A stretch of DNA of 59,063 nt, the filler included, from Callorhinchus milii (Eukaryota), in the NCBI RefSeq assembly GCF_018977255.1. It is 2 parts of 2 records of this genome, joined end to end, with 100 filler letters (N's around TTAATTAATTAA, not from the genome) between each part and the next. Parts side by side here need not be neighbours in the genome. Positions count along the whole stretch, not along the records: positions 1 to 29,485 come from NW_024705647.1; positions 29,586 to 59,063 come from NW_024705648.1. The stretch is one strand, 5' to 3'. Each line of letters starts with the position of its first letter. Positions within the stretch are counted from its first letter, which is position 1. The position numbers were made by a program, and so were the translations under genes. This document shows, one piece after another, positions 26,690 to 38,968 of this stretch. Under the pieces are notes generated by a model. It worked only from the letters and a program-made list of their open reading frames with translations, had not been told where the DNA came from and did not search any database.

Positions 26690-26830
26690 GTTCTTCGAGT
26701 CCAGGGTGAAGGGTAGAGTTGTGTTTCGTCCACATCATATGGCAGTGCAAACCATGTCTCTGGATTATGTCAACAAAGTGGAGCATGTAGATGGTGAAAA
26801 GTAGAAGTCTCAGGAAGGATCTCTGATGTG
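26690..26830 (-). mobile_element. old L2 RT fragment
   Basis: Translation LLFTIYMLHFVDIIQRHGLHCH resembles the L2 RT segment just before YADD. Confidence 0.55.
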
Positions 26831-27069
26831 ATTGTGTGGAGGCAGGAGGAAAAGCTGTTAGATGACACAAAATACAGAGATTGTGGTGGGAAGTGAGGGA
26901 GTGGGGTGGTGGGTGTTGCATGGACAAGTACAAAGACTAGGATTTGAGGCGGGCTCAACAACAGAAAGCGCAAAATGTATTTCTAGAGAGAAAGAGAGAA
27001 GACCAGAGTTGGGGCCTTGGAACTGTAGGCAATGGTGGCGTGGAGTGGGATATCCAGGTTCAATATGTG

Positions 27070-28345
27070 ACAACCTGACTTGTGAAATATGTGCGTGTGT
27101 ATGTTTGTCAGTGTTAGTAGCATGGGACTGAGTTGAAGGGTGTGAGTGTGTGAGCTGTTGAAGTGTTTGTGTGTGTGTCAGTGTTGTGACTTGTATGCTA
27201 GTTGTGGAAGTAATGTGTGTCATTCTTGGTGGCATGCAGCTGAGCTAGTGAAGTATGTGTGTCAGTGTTGGTGACATGCAGCTCAGCTGGTGAAGTGTGC
27301 GTGTTAGTTTGGTACCATGGAGCTCAGCTGGTTATGTGTGTGTGTCAGTGTTGCTGAGGACACAATGGGGCTGAGCTGATGGATCTTTTGTGTGTCATTG
27401 TTGGTGACATGGAGTTGAGCTGGTGATGTGTATCAGTGTTGGTACATGGTGCTGAGCTGGTGAAGTATGTATGTACCATTGGTGGCATGGAGCTGAGCTG
27501 ATTATGAGTGTGTGGTGTCAGTTTTGGTGAGGACATCATTGGGCTGAGCTGATGGAGCTTTCGTGTGTTATTGTTGGTGACATGGTGCTGAGCTGGTGAT
27601 GTGTGCATAGTGTGGTGAGGGCACGACGGGGCTGAGCTGGTGAAGTGCGTTGGTGTCAGTGTTGGTGAAGTCAGCATGGGGCTGAACTGGTGAAGTGTGT
27701 GTGGGTCAGTGTTGTTGAGGAAACTATGGGGCTTTACTGGTTAATTGTGTGTTAATTTCTGTGCTATGTAGCTTTGTCGGTGATGTGAGTTTCAGTATTG
27801 GTGAGGACGCCATGGGGCTGAGCTGGTGAAGTGTGTGTGTGGGTCAGTGTTGTTGAGGATATTACAGGGCTTTGCTGGTGAAGTGTGTGTCAGTTTCTGT
27901 GCCATGCGGCTTTGTTGGTGATGTGTGTGTGTCACTGTTGGTGAGGGCACCATTTGGCTGAGCTGGTGAAGTGTCCTGGTGTTAGTGTGGTTGAGGACAC
28001 TATGGGGCTTTACAGGTGAAGGGCGTCTGTGGCATGGGGCTAAGTTAGGGAACTGGATCTATCAGAGTTGTTGCATGAGGCTAGAGAAGTACGCGTGTGT
28101 GAATGTTGGTTGCATGGAGCTGATCTGGTGATGAGGTGTGTGTGTGTTAGTGTTGGTGGCAAGATGCTGGGTTGGAGATGTGTATGTGTATCAGTGTTGA
28201 TGACATGGTGCTCATTAGGGTAAGTATGTGTTTGTACGTTTTCGTGGCATGGGGCTGATTTGGAGATGTGTCGTGGTGAGGACACTGTGGGACTGATCTG
28301 CAGAAATTCATTTGTGTACTGTTGGTGGCATGGTGCTGGGCTGAG
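27070..28345. repeat. degenerate ~40-bp minisatellite (GTGTGTCAGTGTTGGTGACATGGAGCTGAGCTGGTGAA-like)
   Basis: GCTGAGCTGGTGA and GTCAGTGTTG motifs recur at roughly 40-nt spacing. Confidence 0.8.
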
Positions 28346-28439
28346 GAGGAAGCCTGAATCCCAGGATAATCCCGAGAAAGAATGCTAGAACAAGCCAGTC
28401 AAGCTGACGCCAGTGGGAGGAAACTTCAGGGAGTATAGT

Positions 28440-29485
28440 CCGGAGCAACATTAAATTTCGATCAGTAAAATATGGGTTATTAAAGGCAAATCGTGTCTGG
28501 GAAAAAAAACTTGTAGAGTTTTTTGCTGAAGGATTGGATAGTGTGGATGAAGGTAGTGCAGTTGATGTAGTTTATATGGATTCTCAAAAGGCGTTTGATA
28601 AAGTGCCACGTAAGGGACATGTTAAGCAAAATGGAACCCCAGGGTATTAAATGGACAGTAGTAGCATGAATACAGAACTGGCTGGGAGACAGAAAGCAGA
28701 GAAGGATGTGTGCACTGGTGTCACCTAAGGACACCAATATTGGGTCAACCGCTGTTTCTGATCTACATAAGTTATCTGGACTTGGGTATAGGGATCACAA
28801 TTTCCAAGTTTCCAGACGAGAATTAGCTAGGAAATGTAGCAGTCAGTGAGCAGGATAGAAGCAGATTGCAAATGGACGTAGACAGGCTGGCAAAAGGCAG
28901 ACATTTGACACATATATTTAGTGTGGAAAAATGAGAAGTGATACATTTTTGGAGGAAGAGTGAGAAGAGAGGATATAAGTTAGATTGTAGAATCTTAAGT
29001 GGGGAAAGGAACAGAGAGACCCAAGGGTTCATATAAGTAAGTCTTTGAAGGTCAGGAGAGGTATACAAAGCTGTTAAGAACGTATACGGGATAGTGGCTT
29101 TATAAATAGGGGAATAGAACACAAAAGTCAAGAAGTTATTATGAACTTTTTTTTAAACACTGATTAGGCCTCAGTTAGAGATTGTGTTCAGATCTGAGCA
29201 CGAGACTTTAAGAAGATGTCAATGCATTGGAGATGGTGCAAAGGAGATTTACCAGAACGGTACCTGGAACGAGGGACTTCAGTTATCAGTAGAAGGATGA
29301 GAAGCGAGGGTTTATTCTACTGGAGCAGAGAAGGCTTAATGGAGACTTAATATAAGTGTTTAAATGTTAAAGGGGTTTGCTCGGTTGAACAAGGATAAAC
29401 TAGTTCCACTGGAGGTGGCTTTGATAACCAAGGGCACCAATTTAAAAAAGTTGTTAAAAGAAACAGCGGGGAAGTGAGGAGAAAT
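28440..29485 (+). mobile_element. degenerate CR1 LINE RT fragment, cut by the gap
   Basis: GCAGTTGATGTAGTTTATATGGATTCTCAAAAGGCGTTTGATAAAGTGCCAC encodes AVDVVYMDSQKAFDKVP. Downstream RPQLE- and GDLI-like CR1 motifs, with many disablements. Confidence 0.85.
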
Positions 29486-29585
29486 NNNNNNNNNNNNNNN
29501 NNNNNNNNNNNNNNNNNNNNNNNNNNNNNTTAATTAATTAANNNNNNNNNNNNNNNNNNNNNNNNNNNNNNNNNNNNNNNNNNNN
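29486..29585. other. artificial gap/linker N44-TTAATTAATTAA-N44
   Basis: 100-nt spacer with a six-frame stop 12-mer at 29530-29541, at the centre of the window. Confidence 0.95.
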
Positions 29586-30180
29586 CCTGTGACAGCACTG
29601 CTCCGCTACCGTTCCCGAGAGATACCTAACACACCTTTGTTTTAAGACACCTTAGTAACTCCAGCCAAAGCTGTCTTTTTTAAAGAAAAACAACTCCTTA
29701 TATGGTTCTATCCATAAAATGTTTCAATTCTCCCTTTAACCACATGTGATTCTCTCTTTATCTTTATCAATCTCTCCTTCCAGTATGTAAGTGTGAACAG
29801 ACTGCCTGTGTGTGTCAGTGCATTTGTTTGTGGATGTGTCTGCGTGTAAGTGTCTGTGTGTGAATGCGTCTGTTTGCGTGTCTTTGTGTGCCTGTGTCTG
29901 TGTGTGTGTGTGCGCTTGTTTGTGTGTGTGTGCTTGTCTTTATTTTTGTGTTAATGTGTGTGTATGCGTGTGTTTTTGAGTGTGTCTTTGTGCGTCTCCA
30001 TGTATTTCTTTGTGGGTCTGTGTATGTGTGTTTCTGTGGGATTTTGTCTGTGTGCCTTATGTATGTGTTTGTTTGTGTTTTTTGATTGTGCCTGTGTGTG
30101 TGTCTCTGTGTATTCCAGTGTGTGCGTGTGTTCCTGTGGGTTTTCTTTTGTGTGTGTGTGTGTGTGTGCCATTGTGTGTG

Positions 30181-30909
30181 CTTCTCCCTCATATCCGCGC
30201 CACAACTGGCATCTCATTCCATCACCTCCGGAAGATCGCCAGACTACGGCACTACCTCACCCCTTACGCTACTGAAACTCTGATCCACGCCTTTATAACC
30301 TCAAGGCTGGACTATGCGAACTCTCTCCTCGCGGCCTTCCCGCCACCTCCCTCCACACTGCAGGTCATTCAGATCTCTGCAGCTCGTGTACTGTCCCGCA
30401 CCAGACACCGCGACCACATCACTCCCACCCTCGCTCCCCTCCACTGGCTCCCCATCCCCCAGATGATCCAATTCAAGATCCTCAACCTCACCTACAATAC
30501 AATTCACGGCCTCGCTCCCTCCTTTCTCTCCGACCTACTATCCCCCTACCTATCTGCCCGTACCCTCCGTTCCTCTGGCTCCGATCTGCTCCACATCCCC
30601 CGCCCGAACCGCCCTATCATCGGTGGTCGGGCTTTCAGCCTCTCAGCCCCGAGGCTCTGGAACTCTATTCCCAGTGCCTTCGCCACTTCCTCCCTTTCCT
30701 CCTTCAAGGCCGGTCTCAAGACCTTTCTCTTTGCCCGAGCCTTCGGCTCCCCTCTAGACTCTCTACCCCCTCCTCGTTCCCTCCCTTCCCTCCCCTCACC
30801 CTGACCATTTCCCCCTCAATGCTCGGGTCCCGACCCAACTCCATCACCTTTGGACGTCCTCCTGACGTGAAAAGCGCTCTATAAATGGGATCGTGTTGTT
30901 GTTGTTGTT
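30181..30909 (+). mobile_element. 5'-truncated L2 (same family as 7234-8444), in an NLR intron
   Basis: LRHYLTPYATETLIHAFITSRLDYANSLL, stem-loop tail and (GTT)n. Confidence 0.92.
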
Positions 30910-31304
30910 TCTACGGTAAGCAAACTGTATCTCTATTTGTATGTCTACTGTATGTGTGTATGTATGCCTATGTGCATGTGATTGTTTTTGTATGCATGTC
31001 TGTATTTGTTTGTGTATTTGCGCACACGCGCACTCCTGCAACCTGTCCGGCACAGACGTGTATGATGCTGGGGCTTCCTCCCTAATCCTGAGACGTTTAA
31101 CACTCTCAGGTGAATGATTCCATCCATATTCACTGACTTTAGCGCCTGCACTGAATTTGTTTTGTGGAACAATTATGTCTTGAGGTAGTGTTTTGTTGGT
31201 ATTTTACAGCCAAAAGTTCTGCGCAAAAACCTCCCCCAGAATAAAATCTACACAGCTTTAGCCCTGAGTTACCCTGTGTCTGCTCAGACACTGCAGTCTG
31301 AGCA

Positions 31305-31609
31305 CTGTAGCTCAGTGGTTAGAGCCCTCGCCTCGCTAGCGAGAGGGCCTGGGGGTGATTCCTGGCAGAGCAAAACCTTACGGATGTTTCCTTACTCCAT
31401 TCGTCTGTTGCCTCACAGTCAGTCACAACCCGGTTGTTAGACAATTTGAAGATCGTGTTTTCAGGGTTCAGGGTTCATAAAACATTCAAATAAATATTTC
31501 ACGCAAAAAATATAAAATCAATTCACTTTACAGTATATCCTGTGAAGAGCTTTGAGGGGTCTCCAAGACATGATGAGGCGCTGTATCAATTGCCAGGATA
31601 ATTATTATA
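31305..31609 (+). mobile_element. diverged tRNA-derived SINE
   Basis: CTGTAGCTCAGTGGTTAGAGC head and a GTGAAGAGCTTTG...GGCGCTGTATCAATTGC tail. Confidence 0.7.
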
Positions 31610-31817
31610 TTACATATTATATCTAGATGTCGGGGAAACCCTCTGAGGCCCCCTCGCTGGGGGCAGGGACTGTCTGAGGGTCGTTACTATCTCTGTATCC
31701 GCTTGTGGCCTCTAACGCCTCTTCCTTCCGTGGTGAGGGTCTGTTGTGAGTAACAGTGGGTTATACTCACTGTGTTTACTCTGATCTCTATCATGTCTCT
31801 GTGTCTCCGATCTCCAG

Positions 31818-31985
31818 GCTGGACTGGAACAGACTGACCGATGGCTGCACTGATGATCTGGTCTCCGCTCTCAGTACAAACCGCTCACTGAGGTTCCTGG
31901 ACCTGAGGTCCAACTCCTTCACAGACGGCTCTGTCGCCGCTCTCCGCCGCCTCATACAGACCTGCACCAGTCTGGAGGGGATCAG
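31818..31985 (+). CDS. NLR/ribonuclease-inhibitor-type LRR exon (168 nt, phase 2-2), penultimate exon of gene A
   Basis: TCTCCAG|G acceptor, AG|GTGAGT donor. LDWNRLTDGCTDDLVSALSTNRSLRFLDLRSNSFTDGSVAALRRLIQTCTSLEGI is two 28-aa LxxLxLxxNxL repeats. Confidence 0.9.
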
Positions 31986-32151
31986 GTGAGTGATGGTGTC
32001 AGTGCTTAATGTGATAAACACACAGAGAAAGGGCTGCGTATCAGAATGGGAACAGTTTGAAGATAGTTATTTGTGTATTAAACTGCGACACGAACAGTTT
32101 ACAGTTTGTACCATTATCCCATGGGTTTATTTCCTGTTTAATGTGTTTCAG

Positions 32152-32239
32152 GCTGAGGGGTAATAGGTTCAGTTCAGACGGAGAGAATCAGCTGCGGTCA
32201 CTGCGGGGAATCAGAGCTGAGCTGAGAGTGACAGTGTGA
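32152..32239 (+). CDS. terminal LRR exon of NLR-like gene A (LRGNRFSSDGENQLRSLRGIRAELRVTV*)
   Basis: TTTCAG|G acceptor, in frame with the previous exon. TGA stop. ATTAAA at 32314. Confidence 0.85.
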
Positions 32240-32799
32240 CACTGACTGAGGCAGTGACTGTCCACACAGTCTGTGTATTATGGAATATATTCTGGACACT
32301 GTAGTGACTGATTATTAAAGATGTTAATCCTGATTGCTCTCCCATCTCTGCTGTGGGGACCTTTATTGACACACACCGCCTACGGCCGTGCGGGCGGCTG
32401 GAGAGCCCCGACCCTCAGTCACTGCTAAACTGTTGTAAGTGACCGCAACTAATGCATTTTCTCTCACAGTCTCCCGCTCTCTCTCTCTCTGTGTCAGTCA
32501 CTCTCAGTTTATATATTTCCGTCTCCCTATTTCAGGCTCTCTCTTTCGTTGTCTCTCTTAGTCTCCGTCTCTCTCTGTGTCTCTCTCTCTCTGTGCCTCG
32601 GCCGTCAATGATTGTGTGTGAGATCCTGAGAGAGAGATCAGTCCGAGTGTTCGTCTGTGTGTGTGTGAGAGAGAGAGTTTGCAGACCGTTTATGTGAGCA
32701 AGAAGGAGTGGGAACAGTCAGTGGGTTTCCGGGGTGAGCTGTCAAAATGTGTGCGTGTGTCAGAGAGAACAGTTATTGTGCGTGAGAGAGAATGAGAAG

Positions 32800-33180
32800 C
32801 AGTCAGTGTGTGTGTGTGTGAGAGCAGTCAGTGTGTCTGTGAGAGAGAGCAGTTAGTGTGTGTGTGTGGGAGAGCCATCAGTGTGTGTGTGTGAGCAGTC
32901 AGTGTGTGTGACAGAGCAGTCAGTGTGTGTGTGTGTGTGAGAGAGAGCAGTCAGTGTGTGTGTGTGAGCAGTCAGTGTGTGTGAGAGAGAGCAATCAGTG
33001 TGTGCGTCGGTGTGTTTGTGTGTGAGAGCAGTCAGTGTTTGTGTGTGTGTGTGTGAGAGCAGTCAGTGTTTGTGTATGTGTGTGTGTGTGTGTTTTGTGT
33101 GTTTGTGAGAGAGAGCAGTCAGTGTTTGAGAGACAGCAGTCAGTGAGAGTGTGAGAGAAAGAGCAGTCAGCGCGTGAAAG
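32800..33180. repeat. (GT)nGAGAGCAGTCA minisatellite; inverted counterpart at ~48480-49160
   Basis: Direct inspection. Confidence 0.85.
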
Positions 33181-33587
33181 AGGGAGACACATAAGTCTGT
33201 GAGTGTGAGAGGGAGACAGAGAGCAGTCAGTTTTTTGTGAGAGAGGGATGTTAGATTCTGGGTCTCCATTTGCAACCAGTTACGAGATTAATTGAATAAG
33301 GATCGATCTCAATATACCGTATTGGTTGAACACATCAAGTTTATTGTCTAACTCCAGTAATGCTTTGTTACATGGCAATTATGAGTGCACATTTGTGGTA
33401 CAAAAAGATATAAAACATTAAACCATTCAATAATATCTAAAGAATAAACAACCAGATATAGATATTCAGATCAGAGCAATACTTGATTTGTTGATTCAGC
33501 ACTTACCCTTTGATGCAAACAAGTGTTTAGATCCTCAGGCCTTCAACCAGCGCTTTGTTTCCAGCTTTCGGTCTTCTCTGCTCCACG

Positions 33588-34930
33588 CACCTCCCTCCAC
33601 AAGCTGCAGGTCATTCAGAACTCTGCAGCTCGTGTACTGTCCCGCACCAGACACCGCGACCACATCACTCCCACCCTCGCTCGCCCCCACCGGCTCCCCA
33701 TCCCCCAGAGGATCGAATTCAAGATCTTCACCCTCACCTACAAGGCCATTCACGGCCTCGCTCCCTCCTGCCTCTCTGACCTACAATCCCCCTACTTCAC
33801 AATAAGAAATGGAGATTATGAAATCTTTCAAGTAATCTGTCCCAAAGAAAACTCAACTTTCAAAAGATCTTGAGGAATGTGTTGCTAGCAGCTTTTTAAG
33901 TAAAGATGCAAAAGACAAAAGGAAATGTTTTATATCTTAAAAATACAGTACAGTAGTAATTGATTATTCTATTATTGCTGATAGTAGACTATGTACTTCT
34001 GAATTTTTATCACCATTTTTACACAGCATTTAAGTAATGTATTCACTGTTGAATGTAACGAGGTGCTTCTTCCTAATTTATAATTTTGCAAAAAAAGAAT
34101 AATTTTAAATACAATTTCAAGGTGTGAGCTGATTCTCTTCATCTATAACATTTCTCCACAGGAAATGGAATGAACACTTTGTGGGAAATAACTTCTCTTT
34201 CATTTAAAAGAAAATTATTTCTATACTTAGGAATACATCGGAGTCCTGTAGCTCAGTGGTTAGAGCACTCGCTTTGCAAGTGAGAGACCTGAGTTCAGTT
34301 CCAGGCAGAGGGCGAAACCTTGGGCAAGTTTCCTTACTCCACACGCCTAATAATAATCCCTCCAAAAACAAAACAATAATACAATTGGTCATTTTCAATC
34401 TATGACTGTTTGTGGGACATTGCTGTGCGCAATTGGCTGCCGCGTTTGCCCACAAATATATAGTCAATTCACTTTACAGTGTGTTCTGTGAAGCGCTTTG
34501 GGACGTCCTCCCGACGTGAAAAGCGCTATATCAAATGCAAGGATTATTATTATTATTATTATTACTTATCTGCCCGTACCCTCCGTTCCTCTGGCTCCGG
34601 TCTGCTCCACATCCCCCGCCCCAACCGCCCTACCATCCGTGGTCGGGCCTTCAGCCTCTCAGCCCCGAGGCTCTGGAACTCTATCCCCAGTGCCTTCGCC
34701 GCTTCCTCCCTTTCCTCCTTCAAGGCCAGTCTCAAGACCTTTCTCTTTGACCGAGCCTTCAGCTCCCCTCTCGACTCTCTACCCCCTCCTCGCTCCCTCT
34801 CTTCCCTCCCCTCATCCTGACCATTTCTGCCCTGCTCTGCTCCTGACACAACTGTACAGCGCCTTGGGACGTCCTCCTGACGTGAAAGGCGCTCTATAAA
34901 TGGAATCTTGTTGTTTTTGTGGTTGTTGTT
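33588..34930 (+). mobile_element. L2 3' fragment split by a 770-bp insertion (33798-34567)
   Basis: L2 sequence stops at TCCCCCTACTT (33797) and resumes colinearly at ATCTGCCCGTACC (34568), continuing to the tail. Confidence 0.88.
34240..34563 (+). mobile_element. tRNA-derived Deu-type SINE, full length
   Basis: A/B boxes, anticodon-like CTCGC-TTTGCAA-GTGAG arm, Deu-like core, L2-type stem-loop tail and (TAT)n. Confidence 0.93.
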
Positions 34931-36476
34931 TTCTGCTCCACGCTTTTACTTTCCTTTGCTCTTCTTTGTCCTTACTTTCCAAGTCCTGAGGTCTCAGCAG
35001 TCTTGCTCTGGAGTTAACTAACTTTTAACCCTATCACACTGTAACCGTTATACATAATTGTAAGAAATAAAGGTACAAACCACATTATCCAGTGCCACCT
35101 GCGTGGGTGATCAGTGCGTGTTGTTTTTCTCCATTCCCCACTGTCCGGCCTTGAAGGCCCACAATGGTACTCACAGCCATCTGTGTTCTGTTCAAATATT
35201 CAGTTCATTTCCGCTAATAAGGTTAGTATGTTTCGTGAAAACAGCATTCTCAGCATTATACGATTAACTCTTTGTGAAGACATCTACTTCTTTTGTGACG
35301 CTAAATCTAAACTAACTTTTCCAGACGTATTTTTCAAGCCTGAGTATTATTAACATTAACCCATTTCTTAACAGTTCCCACCTTGAGACCGAATTAATGA
35401 TAATAAAGATATCTCACAAATAAAGCAAAACCAACAAAGCAAATTAAAAAATATATGGGCATAATCATTGTAAATAAAATTATGGCTTCGGCAATCACAA
35501 ACGGATGAGACATGAGTAATAACGTTCAATGCAATTAATTAATAAAATTGATACAACGGCTGTGATTAGGAATCGACTTCTTAACCTGGTTCGATCAACG
35601 TTTATTGTAGAATATCTCAACCTAAGATCGGTTAGAATTGTCTTCGTTCCAAAAATTTTTAGTCATGTCCGCCAAGTCAGCAGTGAGACCTTCAACAGCT
35701 TGTTTTTACCATTCATTGTAGTCTTAAAAGCGTATCCTTAAAGGTCGGTATGTCTCCTTTTGCTCTTGGCAACCTTTATGTCCTGAAGTTACTAATGTCC
35801 TTGAGAGTCCATAGAATCAGTTCCTTTTCAGCCAAACAAGCCATGAATCTTCGCGATATCCTTTTTGGTCAGTTTAAGCCAAACCAGAAATCTGGGTTTG
35901 CGAAATGTCCATTCCCCACCTCGAGTGGGTCAAACTGACAACACAGCCCAATATCACCATCAGAATCCTCACGATTCCCCTTTACCTCAGCCAACACATC
36001 AATCATTTCTACTGCTATTAGCATCTGTAATGACAGCACATGATTATCAATAACATCATGATTAACAAACATTATGGTCACAGAAATTTTAAATATTATT
36101 TCAGTGGAAGTTCTCTCTATCCTTTCCCGATGGCTTTGAGCATTACTGAAAAACTGGAACAGACAAAGTAAATGTTAAATAAAATAAATCAGAACAATGA
36201 GATTCTTAATACTATCACTTCTCCTTCTTCATCTATCACAGTGTTTACCTATTGACCCCGTAACCGCGCTTTCTACCACACCCGACGCTTACAAAACCCG
36301 CGCAGTTGCCAATGTAGACCCTGTGCTCTGTGCAGGTATCGGGCACTTTTGTGAAGTAGACGACAGATTAGGTTATAATTGTCCACTTATCTCCCCCCAA
36401 GACGGTCGAGCTGAAATTGAATGTGAAGACCGGCTTTGCGGGTGGGAGGGTAAGCGAAGTATAAGCCGTCTTAGAA

Positions 36477-36803
36477 GAATTCCAGTAGCTCAGTGGTTAC
36501 AGCACTCCCTTTGCAAGTGAGAGACCTGAGTTCAATTCCATGCAGAGGGCAAAACCTTGGGCAAGTTTCCTTACTCCACACAGAGCCTAATAATAATCCC
36601 TCCAAAACCAAAACAATAATAAATTGGTCATTTTCAATCTAGGACTGTTTGTGGGACACTGCTGTGCGCAATTGGCTGCCGCGTTCGCCCAGAAATATAC
36701 AGTCAGTTCACTTTACGATGTGTTCTGTGAAGCGCTTTGGGCCGTACTCCCGACGTGAAAAGCGCTATATCAAATGCAAGTATTATTATTATTATTATTA
36801 TTA
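36477..36803 (+). mobile_element. tRNA-derived Deu-type SINE, full length
   Basis: Same family as 34240-34563. Confidence 0.93.
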
Positions 36804-36908
36804 AGTCGCTGGAAGGAAAGCGACCTCCAGAGGGTGTAACGAGCCACTGTAAGTATCTGTAGGAACTAAATCACGCAGTAAAGTCTCCCGTTTCTTTAAA
36901 GCTATTAT

Positions 36909-37018
36909 GATTGCAGTAAGGTTGGTTAATACGATCGCAGTAAAGTTGGTTAATACGATTGCAGCAACATTGGTTAATACGATTGCAGTAAAGTTAATGT
37001 GATTGCACTAAGTTGGTG
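36909..37018. repeat. 24-bp minisatellite (GATTGCAGTAAAGTTGGTTAATAC, about 4.5 copies)
   Basis: Direct tandem copies. Confidence 0.85.
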
Positions 37019-37559
37019 ACCATCATAGGAAGTGGGAATAGAAATTTGATCCTTTTGTACTACTGCCTCAAAATACATGCACTCTCAGTTATACCAGGGA
37101 TTCAATTGTACTCGGACATGATCATTAGCTGTAAAAACAGTTTCACCTGATGTGGACACCAAGGGGTTAGCTCTCTGTGAGCAGTCTGTGCTGGTCAGCA
37201 CGAAGCACTGAGTGTTGATTTGTTTATACAAACCAGAGTCCGAGCAGTTAGTGAATTTAAACTCCTCACAGTCAGTGATTTTACAAGTTGCTGTGCTGTA
37301 TAAATTTAACATCTCTCTTTTACATTTAAGTTGTTCCTCCAACTGCAGAACTTTTTTGTGACACTGAATGTGTGACACAGGATCCTGTCTAGATTCCCTG
37401 GCCATAGCTGCCTGTGTTTTACAGACGCCTTTGAGGGTAAGGCACTGGAGATTTTGTTGATTTGAGGAATACCTCCAGTCGCCTGCTGGACGATTAACAA
37501 TGCTATCAATCTATCCAATTTTTGGTCCACGGGCGAAGATTTCGAGGTGATTTGGGGGA

Positions 37560-38968
37560 AATTTCCAATTTGGTTAGACCCTGGTTGTGATTCGCTCAAA
37601 CAATCACAAGCAAAGTGCCCTTTACCCCCATTCAGTGGGTTTCCTCCCGTTTTATAGCCGAAACCCTGGCCGCATCCATCTCCCTTTGGAGCATAATAAC
37701 CTCGGCCACCATTGCAGTTATTGCGTCCGTAAGGTCTATTCTGTCCGCGCCGCTAACCCCTTTACCACAGTTATTCCCAGGACCCTGTCCTCCTCCTTCG
37801 CACACGTGTTCAATTTTAATTTGGGGTTTGACTTCAGCCTTTAACTCCTCGCTCGGGGTGTCAGGAGGATATGTTTGCGGTCAGCATCCTCTGGTTCCTG
37901 ATGGCAGCGGCGATAGCTATTCCAGCGCCACTGCACTGGGTTTGTTTTACTGTCAGTGGTGCCGAGTGTTCGGCTATAATCAGCGCATTCCGCGAGTGTC
38001 AGTGGCCGATTCTCTGTGTCACCTTTCCTACAGCTTCTCCTTAGGCATCCACTTCCCGATCTGACATTAGTACAGCTATCTGGGGGAGTGGGGGGGGTGG
38101 TATTACCCCCGAATCATAACGTGAGTCATCACAGTTATATGCCTCTTCGTCTGTGTCTAAATCATCCCATTCGGGGTCCTGATTCTGTCCAGTCCTCCCC
38201 GGTGACTGCAGACACTGACCCCGCCTCTCTGTCACAGTCGTTTCAAGGCCTCAATTTCCCGATGTGTCATCAATTTCTCAATTTCCTGGTTTTTTGGTGA
38301 TCTTCTGACCTGGTTTTGATCTGTTCTACACTCATGGGTACAGCCCCTTGTGCAGCCTTTAGCTGACTTTCTAGTTTTTGGTTGTTAATCGGGGCCTCTC
38401 GGAGTAAAGTTACCCTTTCCTCACGATTTACGCTTTCGGGCTGAGCTTCGTTCAGAGTTCCGATTTGCTGGTCCAATACCATTCCTAATTCTCTATTTTT
38501 GCATCGATAGTGCTCTAGTTCTTTCCGGAATGTCTCTTTCTCTGCGTCTTTCTTTTCCTGATTAGAATATAATTGGATTTTTCGCTCATTCGATTCACTC
38601 CCTTTCTCTTTCAGGTTCTTCCTTATCTTATCCATTTCCTCCTGTTTCTCTTCCAACGCCATCTCATGCTTCTCTCTTTCTCCCTTTAAATCATTTTCCT
38701 TTTCTTGTAACGCTTTCTTTAACTCATTATTTTCCTTCTGTGTTTCTAGACCCACTGTTTACATAATATACCTCATTAAATGTATACATTTCCTTTCTTG
38801 TTTCATCTTGCCTTCAATCACTTGGCTCTCCATATAAGATCAGTTTCGTTCCAAAGTTCGCTCTTCCAACTCTGCCGCCCTCTCGCCGGCTTTGGCGCAC
38901 ATTTTATCCTCATAATTTACCCATTTATTGAAAGTCTGCTCAGACTTGTCATCTGTTGACGGATTCAT
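37560..38968 (-). pseudogene. decayed gag-like ORF of an LTR retroelement/ERV (coiled coil, Pro-rich motif, zinc-knuckle remnant)
   Basis: ATG at 38968, then stops. 161-aa E/K coiled-coil ORF at 38270-38755. PPPPLP near 38090. GGKGHFACDC near 37600-37630 resembles the second half of a CCHC knuckle. Confidence 0.5.

Noticed and set aside
34240..34312. tRNA-Ala(TGC)-like gene (also at 16590, 36477 and 41743)
   Set aside because: These are SINE heads, continuous with the SINE body and tail, and the acceptor stem does not pair properly.
34930..35100. Possible 3' LTR of the gag-like element
   Set aside because: No matching second copy was found near 39000-41000, and no clear TG...CA termini.
36197..36520. 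107-aa ORF with a signal-peptide-like start (MRFLILSLLLLHLSQC)
   Set aside because: It lies antisense within the decayed retroelement region and ends inside a SINE head. No splice, promoter or family support.
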